64,000 nucleotides of DNA from Hypanus sabinus (taxonomy: Eukaryota): positions 165,416,001-165,480,000 of the forward strand of contig NC_082710.1 in assembly GCF_030144855.1 (NCBI RefSeq), in the 5' to 3' direction. The first letter of the stretch is position 1. The number at the start of each line of letters is the position of its first letter. Both the position numbers and the translations under genes were made by a program. The notes under the pieces are model-generated. The model was given only the letters and a program-made list of their open reading frames with translations, had not been told where the DNA came from and searched no databases. Shown piece by piece: positions 63,966 to 64,000 of this stretch.

Positions 63966-64000
63966 GTCAGACGCAGTATAAACACACAGAGTACTCAGGT

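Overview
This is eukaryotic vertebrate DNA. The repeat content (CR1 LINEs with (CATAGAAA)n-type tails, HE1-like SINEs, Rex1 LINEs) suggests a cartilaginous fish, probably a ray or shark; that is inference. Much of the window is transposon debris: one near-full-length CR1 (5319-9640), many CR1 and Rex1 fragments, several TG..CA solo LTRs with target-site duplications, and a miniature Gypsy-like element. The main host gene is a + strand CD2/SLAM-family Ig-superfamily receptor, reconstructed by eye from phase-1 splice sites: leader 25290-25359, two tandem V-set exons (36238/36247-36567 and 41942-42274), C2 exon 43275-43565 and TM exon 46441-46557. Its cytoplasmic exons are unresolved. The two V exons differ at about 33 codons by amino-acid change and only about 2 by silent change, and they are more diverged than their flanking introns. 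The first V exon has lost its canonical acceptor but has an in-frame cryptic AG. Blocks at 1.2-2.1, 5.2-10.4 and 15.5-15.9 kb are paralogous to blocks at 49-52 and 62 kb. So the 5' third of the window probably holds the 3' part of an upstream tandem paralog, possibly with an ITIM. There are two assembly gaps. All family assignments come from motif recognition, not database searches.
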